Below, piece by piece: positions 10,709 through 23,509 of a stretch of 64,000 bases of DNA. This DNA comes from Alphaproteobacteria bacterium. Its GTDB lineage: Bacteria > Pseudomonadota > Alphaproteobacteria > SHVV01. The position numbers and the translations under genes are program-made. The DNA lies in assembly GCA_009694095.1 (NCBI GenBank), contig SHVV01000001.1, positions 146-64,145 on the forward strand, in the 5' to 3' direction. Below the pieces are notes generated by a model that ran no database searches, had not been told where the DNA came from, and worked only from the letters and a program-made list of their open reading frames with translations. Position 1 is the first letter of the stretch. Each line of letters opens with the position of its first letter.

Positions 10709-11443
10709 CTAGTGATGCATATGCAAGGCGTCGTTGATGTACAGGCAAGTCAGGATTGTGAACACATAAGCCTGCAGAAAAGCGACGAGAAGTTCGAGCG
10801 CGTAAAGCGCCACGATGAAAGCCCACGGCATGATTCCGAAGAATCCGAGCGCGACGATGAAGCCGCCGATCACCTTAATCAACGTGTGTCCCGCCAGCAT
10901 ATTGGCGAACAGTCGGAGAGACAAGGTGATCGGGCGAAGCAGGTAAGAGATGATCTCGATCGGAACCAGCAGCGGAAGCATGATCCACGGCACGCCGTGC
11001 GGCACGAAAAAACCAAAAAACTTGAAACCATGCTTGAGGAAGCCGAGGAGCGTAACGCCGAGAAACACCGCGACCGCCATGGCAAACGTGACGATGATGT
11101 GACTCGTTGCCGTGAACGCATACGGGATCAAACCCAGCAGGTTGGCGAACAAAACGAAAATGAACAACGAGAACACCAGGGGAAAATATTTCCGCGCATC
11201 GCGCCCGGCCGAATCGCTGAGCAGCTTGGCGATGAATTCGTAAGCCAGTTCGGCGATCGATTGCCAGCGGCCGGGCACCATGGCGCGGCCGCTCATGCTG
11301 GCGGTGAGCATAAACGATGCGGCTCCGACGGCGATCACCATCCAGAGCGAGGAATTGGTGAACGAAACATCTACCCCGCCGATTTCGATCGGCAGGAGTC
11401 GATGAATTTCGAACTGATGAAGCGGGCTCTCGCCGATAGCCAC
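10709..11443 (-). CDS. atpB: F0F1 ATP synthase subunit a
   Basis: 244 aa polytopic; 'LSLRLFANMLAGH' conserved Arg region. Confidence 0.9.
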   Translation of the reverse strand: MAIGESPLHQFEIHRLLPIEIGGVDVSFTNSSLWMVIAVGAASFMLTASMSGRAMVPGRWQSIAELAYEFIAKLLSDSAGRDARKYFPLVFSLFIFVLFANLLGLIPYAFTATSHIIVTFAMAVAVFLGVTLLGFLKHGFKFFGFFVPHGVPWIMLPLLVPIEIISYLLRPITLSLRLFANMLAGHTLIKVIGGFIVALGFFGIMPWAFIVALYALELLVAFLQAYVFTILTCLYINDALHMHH

Positions 11444-11480
11444 GATCGAGCCTCAGTGAGTTACGACAGGCAGCGAGCCG

Positions 11481-11774
11481 TCACCGGCTGCCGCTGTCGC
11501 GCGGTTTGGTGAGCCGAAGCGCATTTCGAACGCCGCTGGCAACGCCGACGAAAACGAAGACGATGGTGAACAGCGGCACGGTTCCGAGCCAACGATCAAG
11601 AAACCAACCAATGAGTCCTCCCACCGCCATGCCTGCCGCCAACTCAAGCGCGAGCCTCCATCCAAGCCCGGCGGCAACGTGAGCTCCAGACTGGGAAGGC
11701 TGATCATGTCTGCGCGCTTTCTTCAGACGGGCGTCGAGATCGTCGAACGAAGGTGGGCGGTCAGTGTCCGACAT
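11481..11774 (-). CDS. atpI: AtpZ/AtpI family ATP synthase protein I
   Basis: 97 aa, two TM helices, first gene of the F0 operon. Confidence 0.7.
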   Translation of the reverse strand: MSDTDRPPSFDDLDARLKKARRHDQPSQSGAHVAAGLGWRLALELAAGMAVGGLIGWFLDRWLGTVPLFTIVFVFVGVASGVRNALRLTKPRDSGSR

Positions 11775-11900
11775 GTGCCCTCACCCCGTCCGCAGAGCGC
11801 AGCCCAAAAACGGGCGAACCTTAGGGTCGCTACCCTCTGGTGTCAAGCCGAGTGCAAGGCCGATAACATGTTGATTTATAAAAATATTGTGTCGTCTTGG

Positions 11901-14900
11901 TCAAGCGGTGGCGCGCAGCGCTTCGGCCCGCGACAAGTCGACCGAAACAAGCTGGGACACCCCCCGCTCGGCCATGGTGACACCGTAAAGTCGGTCCATG
12001 CGGGCCATGGTCACCGGATTGTGGGTGATGAGCAGGAAGCGGGTTCCGGTTTGGCGCGAAATGGCGCCGATCAGTCCGCAGAAACGCTCGACGTTGGCGT
12101 CATCGAGCGGTGCGTCGACCTCGTCCATGACGCAGAGCGGCGCCGGATTCGCCTGGAAAACAGCGAGGAGCAGCGCCGTGGCGGTCAATGCCTGCTCACC
12201 GCCCGAAAGGAGCGACAAGGCCTGCATTCTCTTGCCGGGTGGGCTGGCCATGATTTCGAGGCCGGCGTCGAGCGGATCTTCGGCTTCGGTCAGCGTCAAG
12301 AAGGCGCGTCCATCGCCGGCGAAAAGTTGACCGAAGAGGTTGCGGAAGTTCTCGTCGACCTTCTTGAACGCCTCGAGCAGGCGCTCGCGCCCTTCGCGGT
12401 TCAAGCTCACGATGCCGTGGCGCAGCTTGGCGATGGCGCCCTCCAAATCGGTGCGTTCGCTTTGCAGCTCCACCAATTTTGCGTTCACTTCCTCGGCTTC
12501 CTGCTCGGCGCGGAGATTGACCGGGCCCATCGTTTCACGTTCACGGACCAGTCGCTGCAAACGAGCTTCGACGGCGTCCGCCTCGGGGACATCGGCATCG
12601 TCCTTGATTTCGCCGATCACGCGCGCCTCGGGCGGATCGCAGTCGAGCGTCTGCCGAATACGATGCGTCGTCTCGCTCAACCGCTCCGTCGCCTGGGTCA
12701 GGAAGCCGGCGCGCCGCACGCGCTCCTCGCGCACGGCGGCGAGCGCACGATCTGCCGTCTTCGACGCTTCGTTGCTGGTCTTGCAGGCCGTTTCGGCCTC
12801 AGCCAGTCGGTCGGCGGCGTCCCGGCGGACCCGCTCCGCTTCCGCTGTTTGGCTGAGGAGGGCTTGGCGCTCGGCGGCAATCTCGACCGGGCGCGCTAAG
12901 GCAGCCGCTAGCTGCGCTTCGGCATCGGACCGCCGCCGTGCCAATTCGACGATCTGTGCATTCGCCTCGTGGGCGCGAACCGACCAGGTGTCGCGCTCGG
13001 TTTCGGCCGCGCGTAGCCGACCGATTCGGGCGGCCGATGTGCGCCGTAATCCTTCGAGGGTCGCCGCGGCGCTCGCGAGCGCTTTTCGCCTTTCGCCTAA
13101 TTCGCCGCGCGCTTTTTCAAGCGACCGGCGAAGGGCCTGACGATTGGTCAACGCGTTAAGCTCGGCGGTGGCGCGGCGCAGCGCTTCGTTCGCGGCACGC
13201 TGTTCGATTCCAAGCGCGACGACTCCGTCGCCGATCGCCGCCAGTTTGGCAATCCTCGCTTCGGCTTCGCGCCGCGCGACGCTGTTTCGTTCGATCGCGG
13301 CCCGCAATTCTTCGTCGGCCGCCCACAGACGCTCGCGCGCTTCAGCATCGCCGAGCCGGGCAGCTTCCGTGGCGGTTGCCGCCGTCTCGGCGCTGGCGGT
13401 GGCCGCTTCGACCGTTGGCCGCAGCGTCTTGATTTCAGCTCGAACGTCGTTCAGTCGTTGGCGCTGCTGTAGCCGCGCTAGCGCCGCCGTCGTCGCGCCG
13501 GCCGTCACGGTAAACCCATCCCAGCGCCACAGCCCGCCGCTCAACGACACCAGCCGTTGGCCTTGCGCGAGGTTCGCCTGTAAACGCGACCCGTCGGCGT
13601 CGTCGACGACGCCGACTTGCGACAGGCGGCGCACAAGAATGCTTGGCGCGGTTACATAGTGATCGAGGCGCACGGCGCCGTCGGGAAGCGGGGCGGCATC
13701 GTCGGCTGACGCATCGATCGATCGCCAATGGATCGGCGCCGATTCGTTGGCCGCTACCGTGAGATCGTCGCCGAGCGCCGCGGCAAGCGCTGCCTCGTAA
13801 CCAGGCGTCACCGTGACCGCATCAATCAACGGCGGCCACAATTCCGGTTCGCCGTCCTTGAGGATGGCGGCGAGCGCCGCTTCCTCGGCCCCAAGGCGGG
13901 CGAGCGGCGCTTCGATCGTCTTGAGCAGGGCGGCGAGCCTGGCCGCTTGGGCGGCCGCTCCGGCGCGGGTCAGCTCGGCGGTCGCCAAATCTCGTCGCGC
14001 GGTTTCGGCGGCATGGCGCAGAGAGTCGATTCCGGTTCCAAGGCCTAAGTCGAAATCAGCCGAGGCCGTATGCAGTCGATCGCGCTCGTCGCGCAGTGTT
14101 CGCAGCCGATCGGCGATGCGGGCGGCTCGTTCGTAGCAATCGCGGCGCAGCTCGGTCAGGCTTTGCGCCCGCGCCTCAGCCGCCGCGAGGTCGGCGGCCA
14201 GTTTTTCGACCCGGGCTTCATCGGCGCTCGCCGTTGCGCGGCTCGCGTCGGCGACTGACAGCGCTTCGGCCAGCGCGTCGGCGGCATTCGCCTCGGCGTC
14301 CGACAGGGCGGCTGCTTCGCTCGCGAGTCGGGCGATGGCGGCCTCGGCATCGAGGACGCGGCTCAGCTCGCGCGTCGAATCCGACTCGATCTGTGCGATC
14401 CGCGCCTCAAGCGCTTGGCGCTCGTCGAGCGCACGGCGCTCGTCGCGGTCGAGTTGCTCTCCGGCCAACTTGAGGCGGTGAACAGCGGCGGCGGTCTGGG
14501 CCTCGGCTTGGCGCAGATCGGGCAGTTGTTCGGCGGCGCCGTTCAACATGGTCGCGGCGTGTGCCGCTGCCTGCGTTGCGTCTGCGACCTCGGACTCGCA
14601 GGCCGCCAACAAGGTTTTGGCTTTGGCGAGGTCTTCCGAGGTTTTTCGCCACGTGAGATAGAGGAGCGTCGCCTCGGTGCGCCGGATGTGCCCGGACAGA
14701 TTGCGATAACGCGACGCCTGTCGCGCTTGCTGTTTCAAGCCGCGGAGCTGGGTATCGAAGGCGGTCAGGACGTCGGCGACCCGCGTTAGATTGGTTTCCG
14801 CGGCGCGCAGTCTCAATTCCGCCTCGTGGCGGCGTGAATAGAGCCCGGTGATGCCGGCCGCCTCTTCGATCAGCGACCGGCGGTCCTCGGGCTTGGCCTT

Positions 14901-15359
14901 GATCAGGGCGCCGATTTCGCCTTGGCTGACCAGCGCCGTCGAATGAGCACCGGTCGCGACGTCGGCGAACAGGCGGGTGACGTCGCGCGCGCGCACATCG
15001 CGCCCGTTGACGCGAAAGTCGGAGCCGAGTTCGCGCTCGATACGGCGCGTTATCTCGACATCGTCGCTCTCGTTGTAGGCTGCCGGAGCTCGACGCGCTC
15101 GGTTGTCGAGGGTGACCGTGACCTCCGCTAGATTGCGCGACGGCCGGCTGTTGGTGCCGGCGAAGATGACGTCGTCCATTCCGCTGCCACGCATCTTCTT
15201 GGCCGAGGTCTCGCCCATGACCCAACGCAGCGCTTCAACCAGATTGGATTTGCCGCAACCGTTGGGACCGACGATGCCGGTCAGACCCGGCTCGATCGTT
15301 AGTTCGATCGGTTCGACGAACGACTTGAAGCCGACGAGGCGGAGACGACGAAAATGCAC
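11901..15359 (-). CDS. smc: chromosome segregation protein SMC
   Basis: 1152 aa; Walker A 'GPNGCGKSN', long coiled coils, C-terminal signature 'LSGGEQALTA' and Walker B. Confidence 0.95.
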   Translation of the reverse strand: MHFRRLRLVGFKSFVEPIELTIEPGLTGIVGPNGCGKSNLVEALRWVMGETSAKKMRGSGMDDVIFAGTNSRPSRNLAEVTVTLDNRARRAPAAYNESDDVEITRRIERELGSDFRVNGRDVRARDVTRLFADVATGAHSTALVSQGEIGALIKAKPEDRRSLIEEAAGITGLYSRRHEAELRLRAAETNLTRVADVLTAFDTQLRGLKQQARQASRYRNLSGHIRRTEATLLYLTWRKTSEDLAKAKTLLAACESEVADATQAAAHAATMLNGAAEQLPDLRQAEAQTAAAVHRLKLAGEQLDRDERRALDERQALEARIAQIESDSTRELSRVLDAEAAIARLASEAAALSDAEANAADALAEALSVADASRATASADEARVEKLAADLAAAEARAQSLTELRRDCYERAARIADRLRTLRDERDRLHTASADFDLGLGTGIDSLRHAAETARRDLATAELTRAGAAAQAARLAALLKTIEAPLARLGAEEAALAAILKDGEPELWPPLIDAVTVTPGYEAALAAALGDDLTVAANESAPIHWRSIDASADDAAPLPDGAVRLDHYVTAPSILVRRLSQVGVVDDADGSRLQANLAQGQRLVSLSGGLWRWDGFTVTAGATTAALARLQQRQRLNDVRAEIKTLRPTVEAATASAETAATATEAARLGDAEARERLWAADEELRAAIERNSVARREAEARIAKLAAIGDGVVALGIEQRAANEALRRATAELNALTNRQALRRSLEKARGELGERRKALASAAATLEGLRRTSAARIGRLRAAETERDTWSVRAHEANAQIVELARRRSDAEAQLAAALARPVEIAAERQALLSQTAEAERVRRDAADRLAEAETACKTSNEASKTADRALAAVREERVRRAGFLTQATERLSETTHRIRQTLDCDPPEARVIGEIKDDADVPEADAVEARLQRLVRERETMGPVNLRAEQEAEEVNAKLVELQSERTDLEGAIAKLRHGIVSLNREGRERLLEAFKKVDENFRNLFGQLFAGDGRAFLTLTEAEDPLDAGLEIMASPPGKRMQALSLLSGGEQALTATALLLAVFQANPAPLCVMDEVDAPLDDANVERFCGLIGAISRQTGTRFLLITHNPVTMARMDRLYGVTMAERGVSQLVSVDLSRAEALRATA

Positions 15360-15382
15360 GCTTGAACGCCTTTACGTTGAGG

Positions 15383-16138
15383 TTACGACTTCGATGGCGG
15401 CGCCGATTGACTCTTGCGCCGTAGAAGAAAGATACCGATCCCGCCGACGATCACGACGAGGACAACGACGATCAGGTAGGGCGGAACCGGGCTGTTCGAG
15501 CCGGGTAGGCGCGAGGCGGGACCGGCATTCGCTCCCGGCGTCGGGCCGCCCTTGAGCAAGGCATCGATCGCGGTTTCGAGCGCGGCCACTGTTTGGCTGC
15601 CGGTGTAGAGTTTGCCGCCGATCACGAAGCTCGGAGTCGAGTTGACCTTGAGCTCTTGCTCGCCGATGAAGCGCACCTGGAAGATACCTTCGGTGATCTT
15701 CTTATCGTTGAGGCACTCGTCGTATCGCTCTGGCGGCACGCCCCCAAGGCGCGCGATTTGTTTCAGTTCGTTGAGCGTGTCTCCGGCTCCCGCCCAACGT
15801 TGCTGTTCGCGAAACAGCACATCGACGAAAGAGAAGAAGCGCTCCGGTCCGGCGCAGCGGGCGAGGACCGCGGCCTGAAACGCCGGAAGATTGAGCGGAA
15901 ACTCGCGAAAAATGTAACGCACCTTGCCGGTGTCGACGTACTTGGTCTTGAGTGTCGGCAAGACCTCGGTGTGAAACTGGGCGCAATGCGAGCAACTCAT
16001 CGAGGCGTATTCGATGATTTCGACCTTGGCGTCGATTGAGCCGAGCGCCATGTCGGCGAGTGGCGGCGCCTGTTGCGCTATGGCTGAACCGGCCACGGCG
16101 AGCATCGCCGCAAACCCTAACGAGACAGATTTTTGCAC
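15383..16138 (-). CDS. DsbA-family thiol:disulfide oxidoreductase with C-terminal Pro-rich linker and TM anchor
   Basis: signal peptide, 'CSHC' active site, C-terminal 'YLIVVVLVVIVGGIGIFLLRRKSQ' hydrophobic helix. Confidence 0.8.
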   Translation of the reverse strand: MQKSVSLGFAAMLAVAGSAIAQQAPPLADMALGSIDAKVEIIEYASMSCSHCAQFHTEVLPTLKTKYVDTGKVRYIFREFPLNLPAFQAAVLARCAGPERFFSFVDVLFREQQRWAGAGDTLNELKQIARLGGVPPERYDECLNDKKITEGIFQVRFIGEQELKVNSTPSFVIGGKLYTGSQTVAALETAIDALLKGGPTPGANAGPASRLPGSNSPVPPYLIVVVLVVIVGGIGIFLLRRKSQSAPPSKS

Positions 16139-16253
16139 TAGTTTCCCTATAACTAGGGGCGCTTAGGCCCGCCACACGCTAAATCTTGATGAGATTATAG
16201 GTAATAGCGTTCCGCAAGCCTAGCGTCATGTTGGTGCTTTCCGGGCACTCAAC

Positions 16254-16769
16254 CTAGGGACGGGTGCGCTTGGCGACCCGTTTGCCGGCGATTTGGCGGC
16301 CTAGCCCAAGAAGCGCGGTCTTGAGGCGGGGGTCTAGGATCGGAGCCAAAGCGGCATCGATCGCGCGTTCCTCGGCCGGCCCGAGCAGCGCCGGTGGCGG
16401 GGGCCGCTTTTTGGCCGCGGTCGTTTGGATCGGCCCTTGAACCAGCGCCAGACGAGTGACCGCGCGGTAGCCGAAGTAGGCGTTGATCCGTTCGATGATC
16501 TCCGGCTCGCGGTGCTGAAACTCAAGCGCCCCTGCGCCCAACACGCGGACCTCGAGCACGCCGTCGCGGTCGCCCTGGCTTTGACGCAAACGCATCGGCT
16601 GCGAATGGTCGGCCAAGTCGGCGCCGACGATGGCGGCCCACCGAGTGAGAATCTCGGCATGAACGAAGCCGCGCCGGCCGAACGCCGTGGCGACCAGTCG
16701 CCCGGCGACACGGCCGATCGGACGCGCGCCGCCGCCGGAGCGTGATTTTTTCCGATTTTCTTCGTTCAT
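16254..16769 (-). CDS. DUF721 (DciA-like) domain protein
   Basis: 171 aa; architecture and position divergent from mutY match the alphaproteobacterial DUF721 family; assignment from memory. Confidence 0.5.
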   Translation of the reverse strand: MNEENRKKSRSGGGARPIGRVAGRLVATAFGRRGFVHAEILTRWAAIVGADLADHSQPMRLRQSQGDRDGVLEVRVLGAGALEFQHREPEIIERINAYFGYRAVTRLALVQGPIQTTAAKKRPPPPALLGPAEERAIDAALAPILDPRLKTALLGLGRQIAGKRVAKRTRP

Positions 16770-16799
16770 GGTTCTCGCGCCGATCCGGTAGTACGCTTA

Positions 16800-19090
<2,291 letters not shown>

Positions 19091-19117
19091 TCAATAGAAT
19101 CTAATTTATTCAACAGC

Positions 19118-19759
19118 TTATAGTAAAAACCTTAGCCGAGACTCTAGCTCTAGTGCGTGCGCGGCCCTTACCGGCGCGAACGAGCGCCGATGATGGCGCG
19201 TTAGACCGTGGCGATCGACGGCGCCACGATGGAATGCCGTGCAATATCCCGCGTTCGACTCCCAGCCGTAATCGGGATAGCGGGACGCGAGGCGCTCCAT
19301 GAGGTGATCGCGCGTGACCTTGGCGACGATCGACGCCGCCGCGATCGAGAGCGAGCGAGCATCGCCGCGAACGACGGGCATCGCGCAACAGTCGAAGCGA
19401 GGCGTCCGATCGCCATCGACCAGGACCATCGCCGGTTGCGTCGGCAGCCGTGCGACCGCGCGCTGCATGGCCTTGAATGTCGCTTGCAGAATGTTGATGC
19501 GGTCGATTTCGTCGACGCTGGCAGCGCCGACTCCGACCATGGCGACGGCGCGGATTTCGGCGTCGAGCCGTTCGCGCTCCGCTTTCGCCAGCACCTTCGA
19601 ATCGGCTATTCCATTTGGAATGCGCAACGGATCGAGAAAAATGACGGCCGCGGCGACCACCGGCCCCGCCATCGGCCCGCGACCGACCTCATCGACGCCC
19701 GCGACCGGGCCGGCGTGGGCTGCCTCGAGCGCAAAATCGGGCCGAACGATCAGGTTCAT
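19118..19759 (-). CDS. rnhB: ribonuclease HII
   Basis: '[17 protein letters not shown]...DSK'; start at MNLIV; longer ORF-track frame is an upstream extension. Confidence 0.85.
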   Translation of the reverse strand: MNLIVRPDFALEAAHAGPVAGVDEVGRGPMAGPVVAAAVIFLDPLRIPNGIADSKVLAKAERERLDAEIRAVAMVGVGAASVDEIDRINILQATFKAMQRAVARLPTQPAMVLVDGDRTPRFDCCAMPVVRGDARSLSIAAASIVAKVTRDHLMERLASRYPDYGWESNAGYCTAFHRGAVDRHGLTRHHRRSFAPVRAAHALELESRLRFLL

Positions 19760-21225
19760 GTCGGCGTTGCCGTCGTACCGAGCGGCTTCCGGCGCCGACG
19801 GGTCCGTCGCGGTGGAGTATTGTCGGCGATGCCGCCGGCGGCTGGATTTTCGGCTGCCGTCATCGCCGTGTCCGCCGCCTCGCCGGTATCCGGCCGTGGG
19901 GCGGCCCGCTCCGGCGGCGGTTGGGTCTCGCCACGCTTCTTGAGGATGATCCGCGAGGCTCGGCCTATGCGATAAGCGAGCCGCGCGATTCGGTCGGATC
20001 CCTCGGCGATGACTTCCGCCTCCAGGCCGTATAGCTCTTCGAGCAATTCGCCGAGTGTCGGGATGTTGCGATACGCCATGCCATGCAGGAGGCGGGCGAT
20101 ATGCAACCAAAAGGGGCTCACGATCAGGGACAACGCAATCACTGCGACCAGCAAACGGTATCCGTCAGGCGAAATAAGATTGGCGCCGAATGCGGTCGCC
20201 CCCAAGACGAACGAGAACTCGCCGATCTGGGCCATGACCACGCCGGCGAGAAAGGAGTTCTGCCACGGCTCGCCGAGGGCGTGGAGGATCGACACGTTCA
20301 TCGCCGTCTTAAGGACGGTGACGAAGATCAACAACGTCGCGACGAGGCCGAGGTTGGCCCAGATGAACTCTAGGTCGATCAATAGGCCGACGGAGAGGAA
20401 GAACACCATCAGCAGTAGACTCTGGATCGGCAGTGTCGCGCTGTGCATCGCGGCGCGCTCGTTCGAGTTGCCGATGAAGAGACCGGCGAGGAACGCGCCG
20501 TAAGCTGGCGAAAGGCCGAGCAAGCCAGAGATGGCCGCGGCCGCGAAGCAGTATCCGAGCGCACTCAACGGCGTGAGGTCGTGGCGTGCGCCGATGAGCT
20601 GCGCGAACGGCAAATGCAGGCGCCGACGACCGCTCAAGAATTTGATAAAGATGGCGAGAAAGCCGATGGCAAATGCGATCTTGACGAACGTGCTGGCTTC
20701 GACGCCGCTGCCGGCCAGGCTGCCGACAATCAGCAGCATGGGTACCACCGCGAGGTCTTGCGCGATGAGGACCCCGACCGCGATGCGGCCCGCATTGGTC
20801 TTGAGTTCGCCGGTTTCCTCGAGAGTCTTGACAGCGACCGCCGTCGAAGAGAGCGACATGGCGAAGCCGACCAACAGGATCGCGGCGAGCGGCCAGTCGA
20901 GCAGGCGACCGAGTACGAACACGACGCCGAGGCTGACCGATATCTGCAACAGCATGGTCAGCATCGCAACGCGCCACACGCGGGCGAAGTCGCGCAACGA
21001 AAGTTCCATGCCGATCAGAAACAGCAGCAGGAGTACGCCGAGCTCTGCGAGCTCGCTGACGTTTTCGCGATTTTGGATCAAGCCGAATCCGGACGGGCCG
21101 AGAATGATGCCCGCGAGGATGTAGCCGATAACCGCCGGCTGCTTGAAACGCAGGAGGAACAGTCCGCACGCGAGAGTGCAGACCATCACTCCAGCCAAGG
21201 CGGTTAGTTCGTTGTGATCAAGCAC
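19756..21225 (-). CDS. CPA2-family monovalent cation:proton antiporter (Kef/NhaP-like)
   Basis: 489 aa with about 12 TM helices, Na_H_Exchanger-like. Confidence 0.75.
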   Translation of the reverse strand: MLDHNELTALAGVMVCTLACGLFLLRFKQPAVIGYILAGIILGPSGFGLIQNRENVSELAELGVLLLLFLIGMELSLRDFARVWRVAMLTMLLQISVSLGVVFVLGRLLDWPLAAILLVGFAMSLSSTAVAVKTLEETGELKTNAGRIAVGVLIAQDLAVVPMLLIVGSLAGSGVEASTFVKIAFAIGFLAIFIKFLSGRRRLHLPFAQLIGARHDLTPLSALGYCFAAAAISGLLGLSPAYGAFLAGLFIGNSNERAAMHSATLPIQSLLLMVFFLSVGLLIDLEFIWANLGLVATLLIFVTVLKTAMNVSILHALGEPWQNSFLAGVVMAQIGEFSFVLGATAFGANLISPDGYRLLVAVIALSLIVSPFWLHIARLLHGMAYRNIPTLGELLEELYGLEAEVIAEGSDRIARLAYRIGRASRIILKKRGETQPPPERAAPRPDTGEAADTAMTAAENPAAGGIADNTPPRRTRRRRKPLGTTATPT

Positions 21226-21258
21226 TGACGCTCTTACCTGATCGGATAACTCGCCCCG

Positions 21259-21645
21259 TTAGGATGATGTGCCCTCGTTTGGGCACAACGCACCGATCGT
21301 ATCGAGAATGAGCGGAACGTCTTCGACCCGGGCCCCGAACACCCAGGAGTTCGATGGCTCGATGCGGATATTGGGTCCGTCGTTGCACGGGCCAAGGCAG
21401 CCCGAGGTTTGGATTTTGGCGCGTAACCGACGCTTCGTCAGACCTTTGCGCAGCAAGGCCACCACGTTCTTGCTGCCGCGCCGGCTGCAGCAGACGAGCG
21501 GGTCGCGGCGGACGTTGACGCAGCATGTCACCAGGATCGCGCCGCCCTCGGTCGGGTTTTCGCGAACCAAGATCTTGGCCGGCTGGTTCAGGTCGCGCGG
21601 AGCGGGAGGCTTGGTAAACATCGGCTTCGATTTGTAGACGAACAT
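21259..21645 (-). CDS. thioredoxin-like (2Fe-2S) ferredoxin domain protein
   Basis: Cys pattern 'CCVN...CC...CLGPC'; start ambiguous (21645 or 21621). Confidence 0.6.
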   Translation of the reverse strand: MFVYKSKPMFTKPPAPRDLNQPAKILVRENPTEGGAILVTCCVNVRRDPLVCCSRRGSKNVVALLRKGLTKRRLRAKIQTSGCLGPCNDGPNIRIEPSNSWVFGARVEDVPLILDTIGALCPNEGTSS

Positions 21646-21719
21646 CCCGGCAGAAGGAATACCGTCGCGCGTTTCGGTTCTGCTAGGCGCGAGATACGGT
21701 TCGCATCTATAACCACGCC

Positions 21720-22622
21720 ATGTCGACTGACCAAACAAGGCTCGCCGTCCGGCCGGTTACCGGCCGCTCGGCCGGGATCGCGCTTCTACTGGCCTCGGGC
21801 GTGTGTTTTTCGACCGCCGGCGTATTCATCCGCATGATCGAACAGGCGGACGCATGGCAGGTCGTCTTCCACCGCTCGCTCACGTTTTCACTGGCGGTCC
21901 TCTTTTACGTCGTGGTGCGGCGGCGGCGGCAAACGGTCGAAGCCTTCGTTTCGATGGGCCCGGCCGGTCTCATCGGCGCGGCCGGCCTGGGTTTTGGCGC
22001 CGTCTTCCTGGTTTGGGCGCAGTTCCACACCACCATCGCCAACACCGTCTTCATCCTTGGCGGCTTGCCGTTCTTAACCGGGCTGCTCGCCTGGGCGGTT
22101 CTCGGCGAAAAGCTGTCGTCTTCGAGTTGGGCGACGATGGCGCTCGCGCTCGTCGGCATCTCGATCATGGTCTACAGCGGCATCGTCGCGGGCGACCTGT
22201 TTGGCAATCTCTTGGCACTCGTTGCAATCGTCGGTTACGCCGTGTTTACGTTGGCGGTGCGGCGCGGTCGCGGCGGCGACACGACGCCGATCCTGGTGCT
22301 CGGCGCAGCGTTTGCGGTGCTCGCCGCGTTCGTCGTTCATCCCAGCGTCACCGTGACGCCGATCGATTTCATGTGGTCGGCCCTGATGGGCGGTGGATCG
22401 ATGGCGGTCGGCTTCATCATGTTCGCGCGCGGCGCCAAGGCGGTTCGCGCCGGTGAGATGTGGTTGTTATCCAATATCGAGATCTTGACCGGCCCACTGC
22501 TCGTTTGGTTCGTCATCGCTGAAGTTCCGACCACCGAGACATTCATTGGCGGTGCGCTGATCGTCGCGGCGATCGTCGTCCAAGCCGCATTCGCGGCGCG
22601 AAGCGAGCCGGCGGGTGAGTAG
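21720..22622 (+). CDS. EamA/DMT-family transporter, paralog 1
   Basis: 300 aa, 10 TM helices, two EamA repeats. Confidence 0.8.
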   Translation: MSTDQTRLAVRPVTGRSAGIALLLASGVCFSTAGVFIRMIEQADAWQVVFHRSLTFSLAVLFYVVVRRRRQTVEAFVSMGPAGLIGAAGLGFGAVFLVWAQFHTTIANTVFILGGLPFLTGLLAWAVLGEKLSSSSWATMALALVGISIMVYSGIVAGDLFGNLLALVAIVGYAVFTLAVRRGRGGDTTPILVLGAAFAVLAAFVVHPSVTVTPIDFMWSALMGGGSMAVGFIMFARGAKAVRAGEMWLLSNIEILTGPLLVWFVIAEVPTTETFIGGALIVAAIVVQAAFAARSEPAGE

Positions 22623-23508
22623 CGCGGACGTGTCCGCGCTCGTCGCGGCGAAACAACGAACGCTTGGCATCGCCTTTGTGCTGCTTGGATCAGTGTGTTT
22701 CAGCGTCGTTGGCGTGATCGTCAGACTGCTTGACGCCGCAACCGTCTGGCAAGCCGTGTTCTACCGCGGCGTCGCGTTCACGGTCTGCATCACCGCGTTC
22801 ATCGCTCTGCGCCACCGCGGCCGTTTCGTCGCCGCGTTTGCCGCGATCGGCGTGTACGGCGTCGTCGGCGCGCTTGGGCTCGCGTGGGGAACGATCTGCT
22901 ATCTGTGGGCCTTCTACCACACCACCGTCGCCAATGCGGTGTTCTTCTTCGGCGTCCTGCCGCTCGCGACCGGGTTCGTGGCATGGCTGCTGTTTCGCGA
23001 GCGCGTGCACCAGGCGAGCTGGGCGGCGATGGTCGTGGCGCTGCTCGGCATCGTCGTGATGTTCTACGGCGGGTTCGTCATGGGCGGTTGGGTCGGCAAC
23101 TTGCTCGCTCTCGCCGGGATCGTCGGCTACACCGCGCTCACGATCGCCGCACGCGCTGGTCGAGCGGTCGACATGATGCCGATGCTGGCGCTCGGCGCGG
23201 CGCTGAGCAGCGTCATCGCGCTGGTGATCGAGGGTGGAATCGATCCGATCGGCTTTAACGATCTCCTGCGCTGCCTTGCGATCGGCGGCGTCGTATCGGT
23301 CGGGTTCGCGCTCTTTACCGTCGGCGCGCGCTACGTGCGGGCCGGTGAGTTGTCGCTGATCTCCAATTTCGAGCTCATTCTCGGGCCACTCTTGGTCTGG
23401 ATCGTGGTGGCCGAAGTGCCATCGCTCTATACCTTCGCCGGCGGCGGCATCGTGGTCGCGGCGGTCCTCGCCCAGGGTTTTCTGACGGCACGGCAAACCG
23501 GCGACTGA
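22615..23508 (+). CDS. EamA/DMT-family transporter, paralog 2
   Basis: 297 aa, clear paralog of preceding gene, 8-nt overlap. Confidence 0.8.
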   Translation: MSSADVSALVAAKQRTLGIAFVLLGSVCFSVVGVIVRLLDAATVWQAVFYRGVAFTVCITAFIALRHRGRFVAAFAAIGVYGVVGALGLAWGTICYLWAFYHTTVANAVFFFGVLPLATGFVAWLLFRERVHQASWAAMVVALLGIVVMFYGGFVMGGWVGNLLALAGIVGYTALTIAARAGRAVDMMPMLALGAALSSVIALVIEGGIDPIGFNDLLRCLAIGGVVSVGFALFTVGARYVRAGELSLISNFELILGPLLVWIVVAEVPSLYTFAGGGIVVAAVLAQGFLTARQTGD

Positions 23509-23509
23509 C

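Noticed and set aside
11998-15225. Multiple 100-270 aa ORFs on the opposite strand of smc (e.g. 12340..13140 +, 14407..15225 -)
   Set aside because: Ser/Arg/Ala-rich frame artefacts; smc frame is full-length with Walker and signature motifs
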